Notes under the pieces: generated by a model
Told to the model about the DNA's origin: nothing
Database searches by the model: none
Seen by the model: only the letters and a program-made list of their open reading frames with translations
Part shown: one piece after another, positions 42,406 to 55,350 of the stretch
How the letters are laid out: every line of letters begins with the position of its first letter
How positions within the stretch are numbered: the stretch's first letter is position 1
Assembly (NCBI GenBank): GCA_951406725.2
Contig: OX597816.1
Span: 34,472,001-34,536,000, forward strand
DNA: 64,000 nt
Direction of reading: 5' to 3'
Origin: Octopus vulgaris
Lineage: Eukaryota
Made by a program: the position numbers and the translations under genes

Positions 42406-45400
42406 TAGCTGTTGATGTTGAAAACCGGTGGATAGTCAATAACCTCAACCATATCACATGACAAATAACGTAATCTATCGGCACCGAGAGACAAACAAGT
42501 TGCCGCCATCACTCCCTATTAGAGTTGTTATTCAACTCTATAATCCAGTGAAATGAGGCGAATTTTCAAGGAAACTATACGTTCTGCAGATGATTATACA
42601 AAGTACCTCTTTAAAAATGGCCTATTTTCTCCTCTTTTTAATTTAGTGTTTTAACGGTATATACGTATGGTAGTTAATTGAGAATTGATTTACCGTTAAA
42701 GACGTTAGAAAACAAAGGTGTTGCTGCAATTGAATTATCACCGCCTGCATTGACGGTATGTGCTATCTATAATATAATGCAACGTACCATTCTTTACAGA
42801 GAATACTCTGACGATTATATGGCCATATCTTTGTATTACTTTAGCAATTTATCGGATACTTGTCTAAAGATTTTCATTTATGTAGAATATGAATATTAAT
42901 TAGAAATGCAGGTTATTGTGTTTTGATGTAACATGAATACACAAGGTTTGATAGAGGAAATATGTGGGATGTTCAAATATATTTTATTCACTGTTTGCAT
43001 ATTTTCTTAAAGAAATATATGTTCAAGTCTATTTTGAGCTTGAATCAGTGTTGACAACATTTAAAAGACTGAACTTTCAAAATCGATTTCACTCCTTTTT
43101 CTAAAATCCGTTTGTGACTCTGGAATCATTTTTCCCTGAATGATATTGTGTTTACTGCATGAAAGATCGGGTGTTGGAAACTAGTTCTACTAATTACGAT
43201 TAAAATGGATATCTACCAAATTAAAATAATTAAATTTGAGTGAGATGTATATGTTTGTTTACCGTAACGTCTACTGAGACTATATTGAAAACAAGATATC
43301 TGACGACGAGTACGTATTCACACAGCAGATTTTTAGCAATTTCTTTAAGCGCCATACAATATATCCATTGCTCTGTCTTCGTCAATTTTATCCTGTCTCT
43401 CATGTTCCTTCGTTCTTATTCTCTTTCCACTCTTTTCATCCATCTCAGTTAATAAGAAAATATATAAAACAACATTTCACTTAATGTTTTTTCTATCCAT
43501 GTGTACATTTTCCCTAGAAAATCTAAGCAATTTTATTTCGTCCTTGATACAATACAATTACTTCCAATGTGTTAACGTTTATAACTTATTTTATTAAATA
43601 CATCAAATGTTTCATTGCTATATGTTCGATAAATTTATCTAAATTATTCCTAAGCTTATTCATATATTCTCAACACAAATACACTATTCAGATTGTAAAA
43701 ATAAAGAAAAGGTAGTATTAATAATTTCGATATTTATATATCCAATGTTCATAAAGCTTACGAATTTGTGATGTTAGTGGAAACGAGTCATCCAATATGA
43801 CGTGTAAGAATTTAGTCGCAACAGTTTGAAATATTATCTTACACCGTTTTATCACTATTACTTTGCAAATTGTACATAATGGCGTTTGCGGCAGTCCACT
43901 TAGCACTGGCTCTACAAATAAATCTTCAAATTGTCCGTCTTGTTAAACTAGACCTTGGCGTCGATAATCATTATTGTATTCATATCTAGAGTTTTATAAT
44001 AATATGTTTTGTATAAGCACAGGCAGGGAGAATATTTCTTTTTTTTTTTAATCATTGTTCCTGTTGCATAAGTAGAGTGATATATGCACAGAGGCGTGCG
44101 CGTGCACACACACTCAAATATAATTACATATGTATATGTGAGTGTGTGTATATCTATGAATGTGTGTGTGTATGTGTGTATACATTCCAAATATAATAGA
44201 TACTTTGATATTCATGTATAATTCTAAGTGAGTGAATTAAATATAACGACGAAGTAGTTTACTAAGCAATTATATATATTTTCTCTTCATAAAGTACGAT
44301 TATTTATTACCTGTCCTCTTTCTAATATATCTTACTGTCTGTTCTTTGTATGCTACTATAATCGCAGAACTATCCAGTAGGTAAACTGTTAGTATATATG
44401 TTGGAATGAAACACCTACCTTACTTAAATATTCGTTTCGTGGAAGAGCATGAACTGTGAGTGTGAGACTGAAGTTCAAATACAGTTTATTAAAATACCAA
44501 TAACATATGTCCAAAGAACTATAGTGAAACCTGTATTGTTCTAGGTTATCACGCAAAACTAAAACCATTTTGTCCGTTGACAATACAAATGTTAGTTAAG
44601 AATTACAAAAATTCTCTAAAACGTAAGCGTATCGATCTCGAGATGACTGACCCAATGCTTTCGTTTACTTGATGCACGCAATATATCTAATACATGATAT
44701 ATATATATATATATATATAATTTTATACTGAAGCATCACTTCACTTAAAACTTATGATGTATCATGTTCCTATCCAATACATGAGGCTTATGTGACTTCT
44801 CGATATTTAATATCAATCAAGCGAAAATCACGATAACTTTTAGGTAAGCATCAAATAACTCTCCAACTATACTATAATATTTATGACGATACTTTGAAAT
44901 AATTTATTCCCAAACCCAAGAATAAAATTTGATTCTTTGAATACCCGTTTGTCAATAGAGAATTTAACAACTCAACTCGAAGGGACCTTATATGGTTTTC
45001 AGTTGTCGAATACTGCTGACAGATGTTACAATACGCCAGCATATATACATATAGAGGATTGATTTTACCACCCTACCAAACCACTAAATGGACATGCTTT
45101 GGTATCATCTTAGAGTCGAATAAATATTAAAACGGTTTTAAATTGCCAATATTGTGTACCAGATAATAAGACGATACTTACCAAACAATCGCACTATTTC
45201 GCGATCAGTATACGGAATGTGCTTATATTTAATTGTATTACTAATATCTAATTGTAATAACAGCTGAGTTAAACATCAGTAAGTTCAGATAATACTTTAT
45301 ACTATAAGAGCGAGGCTTAAAGTTTTATTGGGAAGATGGTTAGTAGAATACATCGATTCTAGTGCCTAACTTGTACCTATATCATCAACCCGATAAGATG

Positions 45401-47045
45401 AAGGGCACAACCTAAAAATATGTGACATGCAGCTCACCATTCTGTCAACTACACACCTGCTGTAATATAAAATGAAATTACAAAACATTCTATCGAATTT
45501 GAGTTTCAACAAATATATATGTCTACTGTTATGGCTAAATAAAATACACCGATCGACACACACACAAACACACAGACACGCGCACTTGTGAGTATGTGTG
45601 TGAGTGTGTGAGCAATAATTGTAAAGAATGGTTACATCCTGAATTCAACTAATGGTACCGTTACATGAATAAAATCTATTAGCTGTGAAATCAAATGATA
45701 AAAGTAATAAAATAATCATTCTCACACTCGAAATACGTTAATGATATCGGATATTGATGTTTTTGTTGCGGTGTGGGAAGCAATTTTGTTTTCATGATTT
45801 GTTATTCATGCTTACCTAGATATTTAGAGGGTGCTTTATTCATAAACTCTTATTACATTCCTTAATTATTTTTTGACTTTGGTCACATAAAAAATTGATC
45901 TCTACTTTCAAAAAGCTTTAAAATAAATTTTGGAAACCAGGCATCTAAGGAGCATTCAGTTAAAATGAAAAATAAACCTCCTTTACGATAGTCAAGTGAA
46001 CGTGTTTTTTTTCACATAACCAGTTCAGAAAAAGAGAAAATTCCACCTCCATGTATCGATACATAATTGTACATTAGAGGCATTATTAATTATATATAAT
46101 TCATTTAATTTATGATCGTTCAAATGTATTAACTCTGTTGTTTAGGTACATTTGCATTACAAGTGTGCGAGAATTTAGCCGAGCAGTTCATGTTTCCCCT
46201 GACAAAGAAATATAGTGGAAAATAGCAGTAGTGAATGCGTGTATCGTTTAATTTAACTGCATAATTGCCAATGGAACCCTAAGCTCCACCTTTTCTACTA
46301 AATATATAAATTTAGATTTGAATCTTTACGTGGTAATGAAGATGTGACACTTCAATGTATGCGAATTTCGTCGAAAATTTATTAAATTATGGTTGGTGAT
46401 TTATTTTACAGCTAGAGAAAGATTGACTCATGAAAACCTAAATGGATTTATTTATAGAAAATCGATATGACTTCAACACGGAAAACGAAAAATATGTCAT
46501 TTTGTAGCCATAGTTAATTCAATATTTAATATTGGGAGATTTGATAGATTATTATGAACGACTTTTGAAGGATTTTCTTTTCTGCTTAGAATTTATTATT
46601 TTTAAGTATATTGAAAATTTGAAACAATAATTTGGTATTACGTAGGCAAAGAAAGTGTTACAGAAAATGAATACTACAAGACGTCAAATAATATCATTTA
46701 TTAGTATAATGCACTCGACTATACTATATTTGAATGGGTTGTCCAAAACAACATTAATAAGATGTTTTCTATATTGACGAAGACTCGGAAATATGTGATG
46801 TCCTTAAACCGTGCCAAATACACCAATATAATGAAAACGACAAACCATTAAAAGCTGCTTGCTAATTAAATTCAGAATATTCTGTTCACTTCTTTTACCA
46901 ATATTGCGCAAATATTTATGTTGGTTAGAAGTATATATTAAAATATATTATGAATGAGGATAAGATTCGAAACTGTTGTCGCTGTTGCATTTGCCGGTGC
47001 TGTTATTGCCGTCGCTATTATTTCAATTATTACTTCCACTGTTTG

Positions 47046-47241
47046 CTACGAGGCACGGAATCGATTCTTCTGGTTGATTTCTTTTATTTTTCTTTTGTTT
47101 TGAAGAATCTTTGGATATAAATTTGACATGAGCGATTCTTTCTTGTCTTGAGATTCACGGTCAAACGGCTGGGTTAAAAAATTACACACATGTGTAGAAT
47201 GATCCGGTGGTGTTGCAGGGATTTGTAATTGTTCATAGATC
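47046..47241 (-). CDS. Candidate terminal coding exon of an unidentified host gene
   Basis: Acceptor gtctctctaaccacag|G, then 64 non-repetitive codons IYEQLQIPATPPDHSTHVCNFLTQPFDRESQDKKESLMSNLYPKILQNKRKIKEINQKNRFRAS* and AATAAA downstream at 46697-46702. No homology recognised. Confidence 0.5.
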
Positions 47242-48066
47242 CTGTGGTTAGAGAGACAATCTACTATAATGATACTTTTGCGTTTATGAATGAAAAAAGA
47301 AGGGGTGATATATAAATAAGGAAAGAAGGGGTGATGTCATACTTGGTAGTGGGATGATGAAAATTGCATGCTGAAAAATAAACCAAACAGCGTTTCAACT
47401 ATGTGTGAATATATGTGTGTATATAAAAGGGTAGTAGGTGAATGTGTGCGTGTATGTACGTGTATGTGTGTGTGTTAGCGTGTGTGTGCGGTTTTGCGTG
47501 TGTGCGGCTTTGCGTGTGTGCGTGTGTGCGCTCGCAATGGTAGTAGTATGATTCATTTTTGTTCGCTTAGTATTTGGGTTTAATCTTTGATTTGGTTGAA
47601 TCTTGGTTGTTTTTTTTTCTGATTGGTCTGTTATTTTTTGCGTTTTGACAGAAAAAGTCATTCGAAAATCTTTGTTTAACGTAAGCGTGCCCAAACACGT
47701 CGAATGCTTGCACACAACAGGTTTTACAGCCATATCATCCAACCCGACCGAGTGAAACCGGGTTTAGCTGCGAGTATTCTATAAAATTAACACGTAGTTT
47801 TCACGTCGATATTATTTTCAGTATTCTCTTACGAATAATCCCACTTCTTTGAATAATATTTCTAAAGTTATCACTTAGAAATTATATATATATATATACA
47901 AATTGAGATAAGGGTTGTAAATGCAACCCTCCATGGGATAACATAAATACAATATACTGCTAGTGAAGTACCCAAGTTAATACATAAATGTTAAGGATTG
48001 CGATGCAATCAATTCATTTACTGTATTATATGGGCAAAGGTAAAATGATTTACCACAAATTACTAA

Positions 48067-48460
48067 TACAAGATAAGAAAATGGAGAAATACATCTAAAT
48101 CAAATATCAATTACCAGATAATACACAAACACATACTTTATTAAACCACCTCATAAGAGAATGTAGGGTTCAACATAAAAAAGCAGAACAAATCAGTGTA
48201 CATAAAGGAATGTACTTATACTTATATTTATATTTACTTATATTTATATTCTCTTTTTTATATATATTCTACTTATTATACAACATTACTCTTTTATGTA
48301 CACTTTTTTATGTACATTCCTTTATGTACACTGATTTGTTCTGCTTTTTTATGTTTAACCCTACATTCTCTTATGATGTGGTTTCATAAAGTATGTGTTT
48401 GTGTATTATCTGGTAATTGATATTTGATTTAGATGTATTTCTCCATTTTCTTATCTTGTA
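48067..48460. repeat. Near-perfect inverted repeat, arms about 150 bp, spacer about 95 bp
   Basis: 48067-48215 is the reverse complement of 48312-48460 with only a few mismatches. Confidence 0.95.
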
Positions 48461-48472
48461 TATATATATACA

Positions 48473-48882
48473 GGAGTGGCTGTGTGGTAAGTAGCTTGCT
48501 AACCAACCACATGGTCCCGGGTTCAGTCCCACTGCGTGGCATCTTGGGCAAGTGTCTTCTGCTATAGCCCCGGCCCGACCAATGCCTTGTGAGTGGATTT
48601 GGTAGACGGAAACTGAAAGAAGCCTGTCGTATATATGTATATATATATATATATATGTGTATGTGTGTGTATGTTTGTGTGTCTGTGTTTGTCCCCTTAG
48701 CATTGCTTGACAACCGATGCTGGTGTATTTACGTCCCCGTTACTTAGCGGTTCGGCAAAGGAGACCGATAGAATAAGTACTGGGCTTACAAAGAATAAGT
48801 CCCGGGGTCGATTTGCTCGACTAAAGGCGGTGCTCCAGCATGGCCGCAGTCAAATGACTGAAACAAGTAAAAGAGTAAAAGA

Positions 48883-48885
<3 letters not shown>
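48473..48885 (+). mobile_element. SINE family A, full length
   Basis: ggagtggctgtgtggtaagtagc...gggttcagtcc...tail gactgaaacaagtaaaagagtaaaagag. Confidence 0.9.
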
Positions 48886-48936
<51 letters not shown>

Positions 48937-48937
48937 C

Positions 48938-49452
48938 AGTTTTATATTTAAGAGATGAGGAATTATTTACATTATTTAAAATTGACGTTGTTAACACAAC
49001 GTTTCAGCTGGTATTCCCTCCAGGCTTCATTCATTGTCTTGGAGAAATTTCGAAATATCATCATCATCATCATTATTATTATTATTATTATTATTATATT
49101 GGGCTTAGTAGCCCGGACTCTGAAACACTGCGCCATATGACCGTGGGAAATTATGGAGTGAAATTTATGGCTGATAAATCTAATATTCTCCTATCCTTCC
49201 ATAATATCGTTTCACATATGCTGTTCATATCTGCACTCGGTTTTACTTCTTTTAGTTTTTCTTATTTTCCAGTCGTGTTCTCTATCTATTAGTTTAACTT
49301 CAGCCTACAGTGGGAGGTGATCTCCATTTTTCCATACATGGTCAGCTATACTCGATTTAGCAATATCTCCCCGTGTCACAGCTTTGCGATATTCCTCTAC
49401 CCTTATTTTGAGGGGGCGGCATGTGTCGCCTTTGTATAACCTACCACAGCTG
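48938..49452 (-). mobile_element. Penelope/Poseidon-type PLE 3' end: GIY-YIG C-terminus plus terminal repeat (pLTR)
   Basis: SCGRLYKGDTCRPLKIRVEEYRKAVTRGDIAKSSIADHVWKNGDH...VKLIDREHDWKIRK (49452-49260); the downstream 48938-49200 is homologous to 57537-58128. Confidence 0.8.
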
Positions 49453-49454
49453 TC

Positions 49455-50850
49455 TTTTAAGGACCATATATAACTGGATAATTAGGCAGGTTTTCGTTTA
49501 TTCCTGTGACTGAGGCTTAAGGTGTGATTGTTGAATCTTGATTTGCAATTTCCCTCTGTGAGACCCACATATCTTTTGAATGGAAGTCTATTATTAGTGT
49601 TTGTAGAATTTACGGTTGCTTCATTAATAATGGCCTTAGTCATACAGCCGACATCGAATTGTTGTGTTGCACTGTATGTAATTATGCTTTTAAATTTTGG
49701 GTGAAACTGAAATTAATTTTTAGGTTATGACTAATAAATTTTTCTATATTTGTGATGTATTGGAAAATGTCTGTATATTAGTGACAAATGTCTATATCAG
49801 AGGTTTCTTTGGATGAGTAAGGAGGTGTGGGCTAGATAATTTCCCTGTGCCTATGTTTTATTTCCTTTATTTCTCATCTAATATTATGTGTGTAAGGTGT
49901 TTCCCGTTTAAATCCACTAGCTTCCATAACATTGTTGCATAATGTGGCAGCATTATTAAATATATATTTATTGGAGATGAAGTTACAAATTCTCCTACTA
50001 CTATTCTTAACTAAATTGATAAAAACTCTAGCGGGTGGCAGGAAACTACATTTATACAACTAAGTCTATCTTTGGGCTTTTTGTAGGGTATGTAATTATA
50101 ATTTTGTAAATTTACAGATCCGAGAAGTAAATTGACAACCTCAGGCTGGTACCTATTGTTTTGCTAAGATCGAATGTTTTTATAAGATTGACAATATCCT
50201 TCCTTAACAGATCTTGCGCTGGTACAATGGTATTCTTAGCTAAAGCTAGAGCATCGTACCTATAAATAGAGGAATATATACCAGAATAAGCTTTCCCTAA
50301 CTTGTCAAACAGGAATAGCCAATGAGATCGCATATGCCTGCTCCATCAAATACGCATGCTCACATCGAAAGAGCTCTATATGCCTGCTGTCTTAACCCAT
50401 TCTGTGTTCTCGCCGAAGAGAAAGGTCTTTCTAGCATGGAGGATTATATCCTTATCTTGTTCACTTATCTCTGTAAAATCGCTTGCGAAAGTGAGGGCTT
50501 TACCTAGCAGTCTATTAGAAATAGATGCATAGAAACCTACAATATCAAATTGTGTAATTCTTGCTTTATTATTATTTCTGATTGCTTTAAACAAAGTAAC
50601 AACTACTATACATTTGGACCATTGTACTAAATTAGTTGCCCCTCTAACTTTAGCATTGATTTTCTAAAATAATATCCTTAACAATTGCAACAATTTCTGA
50701 TTTTGCAGGGTTCATTAGTCTGCATTTAGGATTAAATAGCAAGTTCTTTTTATGGTCCTAAATAGTTATAAAGACATCTTTATTTGGATGGATCGCTATT
50801 TTTTTATCTAATTTAAAACTAGTGGTGATGATACTAGCTTGTTTAATATA
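49455..50850 (-). pseudogene. Degraded Penelope-like element of a second type (RT + GIY-YIG; Naiad-like by inference)
   Basis: QFDIVGFYASIS...ALTFA...IILHARKTFLF...W, IYRYDAL (degenerate YRDD), ISNKYIFNNAA..CNN, and KRYVGLTEGNCKSRFNNHTLS. Confidence 0.8.
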
Positions 50851-51690
50851 TATATAAAATGTTCTAAACAAATTTATCAATGGCCAACATATTAAAAAAA
50901 TACCTTTAACGGTTAAATCTATCTTTAAAAAAATAAAATATACATATACATGTGCGAGTATATATATGTATATGTGTGTGTGTATGTATATATATATTTA
51001 TATATATATATACAAAATACATATTTACGTTCACTACCTGTTAGATATAATGAGCTTTTTTTTCCTGGTCAATGCAGCCAAATGAGTACATTACTACTTT
51101 AAAGCAGGTTTCTTTTTACTACATGGAAATATCCAAAATGTTCAATTACTGTATCAATCAGTCGTTCTGAAAATCAATATTATGCTGACATGCAGACAGA
51201 GGAAGTGAAGCAGAAGTGAGGTTAAGTGGAAACAAAAGCAACACAATTGATATAAATAAAATCTGTAAAATATATTATCGATATTAATCGCTGATTATGC
51301 CTAATTGACAGATCGTTCAATAAAACATATGTTTAACCAACTTTCGAAAGCTTTTGACAATAATATATGCATTTAGGTTTTTGGCAGAAAATTATGATAT
51401 TATTCATAATTATAGAAAACGTTGTTCAGAGCGTAGGTCATTATCAGTCACAAAATGAATTCCAACATAGACATTATAACTAAAAACCGTATGGTAGAGA
51501 AACTATTTACTCTAAGCTATCACACAATTTAGCCGCTTAATAAATACAATATCGAATAAATTAGGAGCAAAATACACGAGCAAATATACAATACTGCAAG
51601 ACAAAGGGATGTTTAAACTTATTCTAGCTACTTATCGAATATATCAAGTAAATTGTAAAATTAGATTATGTCGGAAGGAATCAGCATTAC

Positions 51691-51715
51691 CTCCGTTTGA
51701 AATCACGAAATACAC
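51691..51715 (-). CDS. Candidate 25-nt micro-exon, phase-compatible with the 47241 exon
   Basis: ctcctgatgttcag|GTGTATTTCGTGATTTCAAACGGAG|gtaatg; splicing gives VFRDFKR-R-IYEQ. Confidence 0.25.
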
Positions 51716-52156
51716 CTGAACATCAGGAGATGTTTGCCATTAATGTTAGTATATATATTTCAATAACTACTTCATTTAAAATTATTCATTCTTTAAAAAA
51801 TGTAAAGAATTGCGTTGTGGTTGAGTGGAGGGTATTTGGATTTAAGAATGATAGAGTAATCTGTAAAATATTGCACTCATAACTTTTTGTCCCCAGCAAA
51901 TAATATCTGCCAACTATATAATGTATCACTGGTACTGATGAGTCAAAAGAGTGTTGAAATGCAACTGCTATTGCTGGCAAAATACAGTCAGAAACAAATA
52001 TAAGACCATGTGATAAGGAAATTATTTTCTGTAACCGATCACATAAATAAGCCACTATATATTGTATCATAAAGTAATTAAGAAATACACTTGCATTTGA
52101 AATTATTGGATGACGCGTAAAATTTCTCGAAGATTTGATGATTATAATGTGAAATA

Positions 52157-52827
52157 CGAGGGGGTGCCCAAAGGAAATTGGAATTTTGCAAAGTATTCTC
52201 CATTTGAAGCAATGCATCGGTCCAGATGCGCTTTTCACTGTTCAAAGCAGTGCTGGAATTCTTGCAAAGTGTTACCTTTTAATGTCACCGTCGTATTCTT
52301 ATTTATTTATTTATTTTACACTTCTTCCACTGTAAATTATGTAGCACCAGCTTTCGTCACTAATGATATCATTCGAAAAAAGGTCCGGAACAACTTCCAA
52401 ATGTTCTTTCAGTTCACGATACACATTCAATCGTGACTGCTTTTGGTCTTTTGTGAGCAGATGAGGCAGAAATTTAACTGCAACTGTTTTCATTCGTAAA
52501 TCTTCGTTCACAGTTTGTTGACAGAAACTTCAGGATGCACCCACCATATCAACAAGTTGGTAAATTTTGTGACGTTGTTTCAAGACCAGTCTCTCTCTTT
52601 TTAAATCTTTTACTCTGTTACTCGTTTCAGTTATTTGACTGTTGGCATGCTGTAGCACCGCCTTTAGTCGAGAGAATTCGACCCCAGGACTTATTATTTG
52701 TAAGCCTAGTACTTATACTATAAGGCTCTTTTGCCGAACTGCTAAGTTCCTGGGACGTAAACACTCCAGCATCGGTTGTCAAACGATGTTCGGGGACAAA
52801 CACAGATACACAAACACACACACACAA

Positions 52828-52871
<44 letters not shown>

Positions 52872-53435
52872 GACGGGATTCTTTCAGTTTCCGTCTACCA
52901 AATTTACTCACAAGGCTTTGGTCAGCCAGAGGATATAGTAGAAGACACTTGCCCAAGGCACCACGCAGTGGGACGGAAACCGAAACCACGTGTTTGGTAA
53001 GCAAGCTACTTACCACACAACCACTGATGTTCTAACTCGTCCAGGAGTTCGACGGTCGCCCTGAACGAGACTTGTTCTCAAGCGACAAGTGTCCATTGTT
53101 AAAGCGTAGAAACAACTCGTAAACTGTTTTTTTCCACCTGGCAGCGTCCTTGTAAGTTGTTTGAAGCATGTCAAGTGTTGCAACCGCCGTTTGCCCTAGC
53201 AGAATTTCACGAAAGCAAACTGTTCCTTCGATTCAGCCATCGCGTACATCAATGATCAGGGGAGAAGCTCTTCGACAAAAATGACGCATCACATGGTATT
53301 ACGGCTTCCTCGAAAGCCGCCGGTCGACAAACTGATGCCTGAGGGTCGCATCAAGAGGCCTCTAGCGGCAAAAGCTTGCTCTGCAACAGTATTTCCCCTC
53401 AGAGAACCTCTCTAGTTAATTTTGGGTACCCCTCG
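52157..53435 (-). mobile_element. Internally deleted mariner transposon with TIRs and TA target duplication, interrupted by a SINE
   Basis: TIRs ta-cgagggggtgcccaaa and tttgggtacccctcg-ta. Peptides RSGRPS, DLRMKTVAVKFLPHLLTKDQKQSR, IISDESWCY and FQHCFEQ*..LDRCIASNGEYF. Confidence 0.88.
52600..53025 (-). mobile_element. SINE family A nested in the mariner
   Basis: Reverse complement of 48473-48885; mariner coding remnants continue on both sides. Confidence 0.9.
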
Positions 53436-53936
53436 TAATGCCTATTTTTCAAACTTCTATAATTGAGATCCATGAATTTCGGTTGGTACAAATGTATTTC
53501 TTACAAGTATTTGGAAGGACATTCGATAAGATAAAGTTGAAGATAAGTTAAATCTGAAGTTAAATTTGTTATCCGAGATTGGACTTTGCGTATTCTATGC
53601 TACATGTATTGAAAAATACATAATAATTTTAACGTCGATAATTTCTTCTTGAGAAAACTGAAAAATAATTTCTCTGTAGCTATGACTATTCCTAAATCAT
53701 AAGTAAGTAAAACCCGCAGGTATTTCGTCTCCTATTACTTCGGTTAATCTTTCAATGGTACTGCAAGCGGTAAGCATCCATACATCAATGTTCAATTCGA
53801 GGATCAAAATAGTTAATTCTGTGTTTAGATTAAAGAGTTTTCAAAAATATATATTAATATGCTTTTGTGTCGTACTGGGAAAGTTTGTTAAGTTGAAAAT
53901 GACGTAGAAGTATATTAATTTTCTATTAACTAACAT

Positions 53937-53970
53937 ATTGGGTTGGTGCATAATTATTGCGGTATTTTTC
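53937..53970 (+). mobile_element. Solitary mariner-type TIR
   Basis: attgggttggtgcataattattgcggtattttt resembles the Hsmar1/MADE1-type end; no partner found. Confidence 0.45.
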
Positions 53971-54575
53971 AACAAATTTTTTTAACCTCGTTAAATGACT
54001 TTAAATACTCTAATTTATATATGTTAATACTTATAATGTATGTATTTTTAAATTTATAATTTAAATATTCATTTTCCACACCTTAATGCAAAAATATATA
54101 TATATATGTTTATCTATAATCTTTTTCTATATATTTTCTATAATTCCTAAGTTAAATTAACTATCCACATTTACCTCTATTTGTCCACTTTTTGCGCACA
54201 CATAAGTATTTTTGCCCCTAACTAAAGAACTGTAAATTTCATTTTACATGATCGTTAACGATTCTCCAAATAAATAAAACGCTATATAGTTTTGAGAGAG
54301 ACCAACAGTCTCACTTTAATTTACATGATTAATACAAAGTAGATTTAAGGGTGTCAGTTTTTCTTACAAAATACATACATTTTTTGTTATATATTTATTT
54401 ACTTATTTACAATTGTATTTTTATTAGACTCCATTTCAACATAAGTAAATTTTTGTGTATGAATCTAAGTAGTAACGCATTACCTAAACAATTACATATT
54501 TATACAATTTTTCTGCGTGCGATTTCTCTACATATATCTTCATGTATCTATTAGGTAAGTGCGTGTAAATATAAT

Positions 54576-54870
54576 GATATCCCTTCATCAGGAGCGATAT
54601 GAGAGAGCTAAATACAGGGAAATAGATTTCAATATAAGAAGTTATTTTGGAAAGGAAGAGATATAAGAAATATAACGGGAAATTAAAGAATAGAAATAAA
54701 AACATATAAAAATATATAAAAATGAAAAAAAAACATTTTTAGTTTTATATTTATTCGCTTATTTTCCATCATACTTCCTATATCACTCTCTTTCCAAAAT
54801 AACTTCATATATTGAAATCTAGTATTTCCCTCTATTAAACTCTCTCATATCGTCACTGATGAAGAATATC
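54576..54870. repeat. Degenerate inverted repeat (arms about 105 bp), each arm ending in CTGATGAAG
   Basis: gatatcccttcatcaggagcgatatgagagag...agatttcaatata-gaagttattttggaaag is mirrored by ctttccaaaataacttc-tatattgaaatct...ctctctcatatcgtcactgatgaagaatatc. Confidence 0.8.
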
Positions 54871-54949
54871 TCTCATAGCCCTCAAATAACTCTAATTTCA
54901 TACTGCCTTGGCGTTATTGTCTCATTTTATTTAAGATATCCATGCTCAC

Positions 54950-55350
54950 ACACAACCTGTATTATACTCCTTACTCAAGTGAGTAGTAGTGGCAGGAGAA
55001 TGTAGTCGAGTCAATTGGTGTTAGGCTGGAGTACTGGAGCTAGCAGAATTGGAAGAGATATGTGAGACAGATCAAGAAGCTGTAGCGTTCAATGAACAGG
55101 GTATTTAGAGAATTAGTAGTAGCAGAGGACATTTGGAAGATAGATGGGTGGGATAGAATAGGTCGTATTTATACGATGTTCAATGTTGTTGGACTTAGGA
55201 AAAAATGTTAAATTTTAGGCAATAGATTTAAGAGAAGTTGAGATAGTGAGAAAAGGGCGAAGCGAATATGAAGGGAGGGAATGTGTCCAGTTATATGTTC
55301 CTGTAGGGTGTCAAAAGAGGAATATTTAAGGTTTAAGTTGGGTTGGTGGC
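54950..55350 (-). pseudogene. Possible degraded LINE (I/Jockey-like) RT C-terminal fragment
   Basis: Remnants resembling KY...W.HI and IRPIL.; heavily frameshifted. Confidence 0.3.

Noticed and set aside
47735-47782. Possible Helitron 3' end hairpin
   Set aside because: Terminal CTRR is not intact and no second copy is present in the window.
51933-51965. ctgatgagtcaaaagag as a hammerhead
   Set aside because: Helix II does not close onto GAAA.
53697-53818. Possible exon on either strand
   Set aside because: Splice signals are incomplete and no frame could be linked to the other candidate exons.
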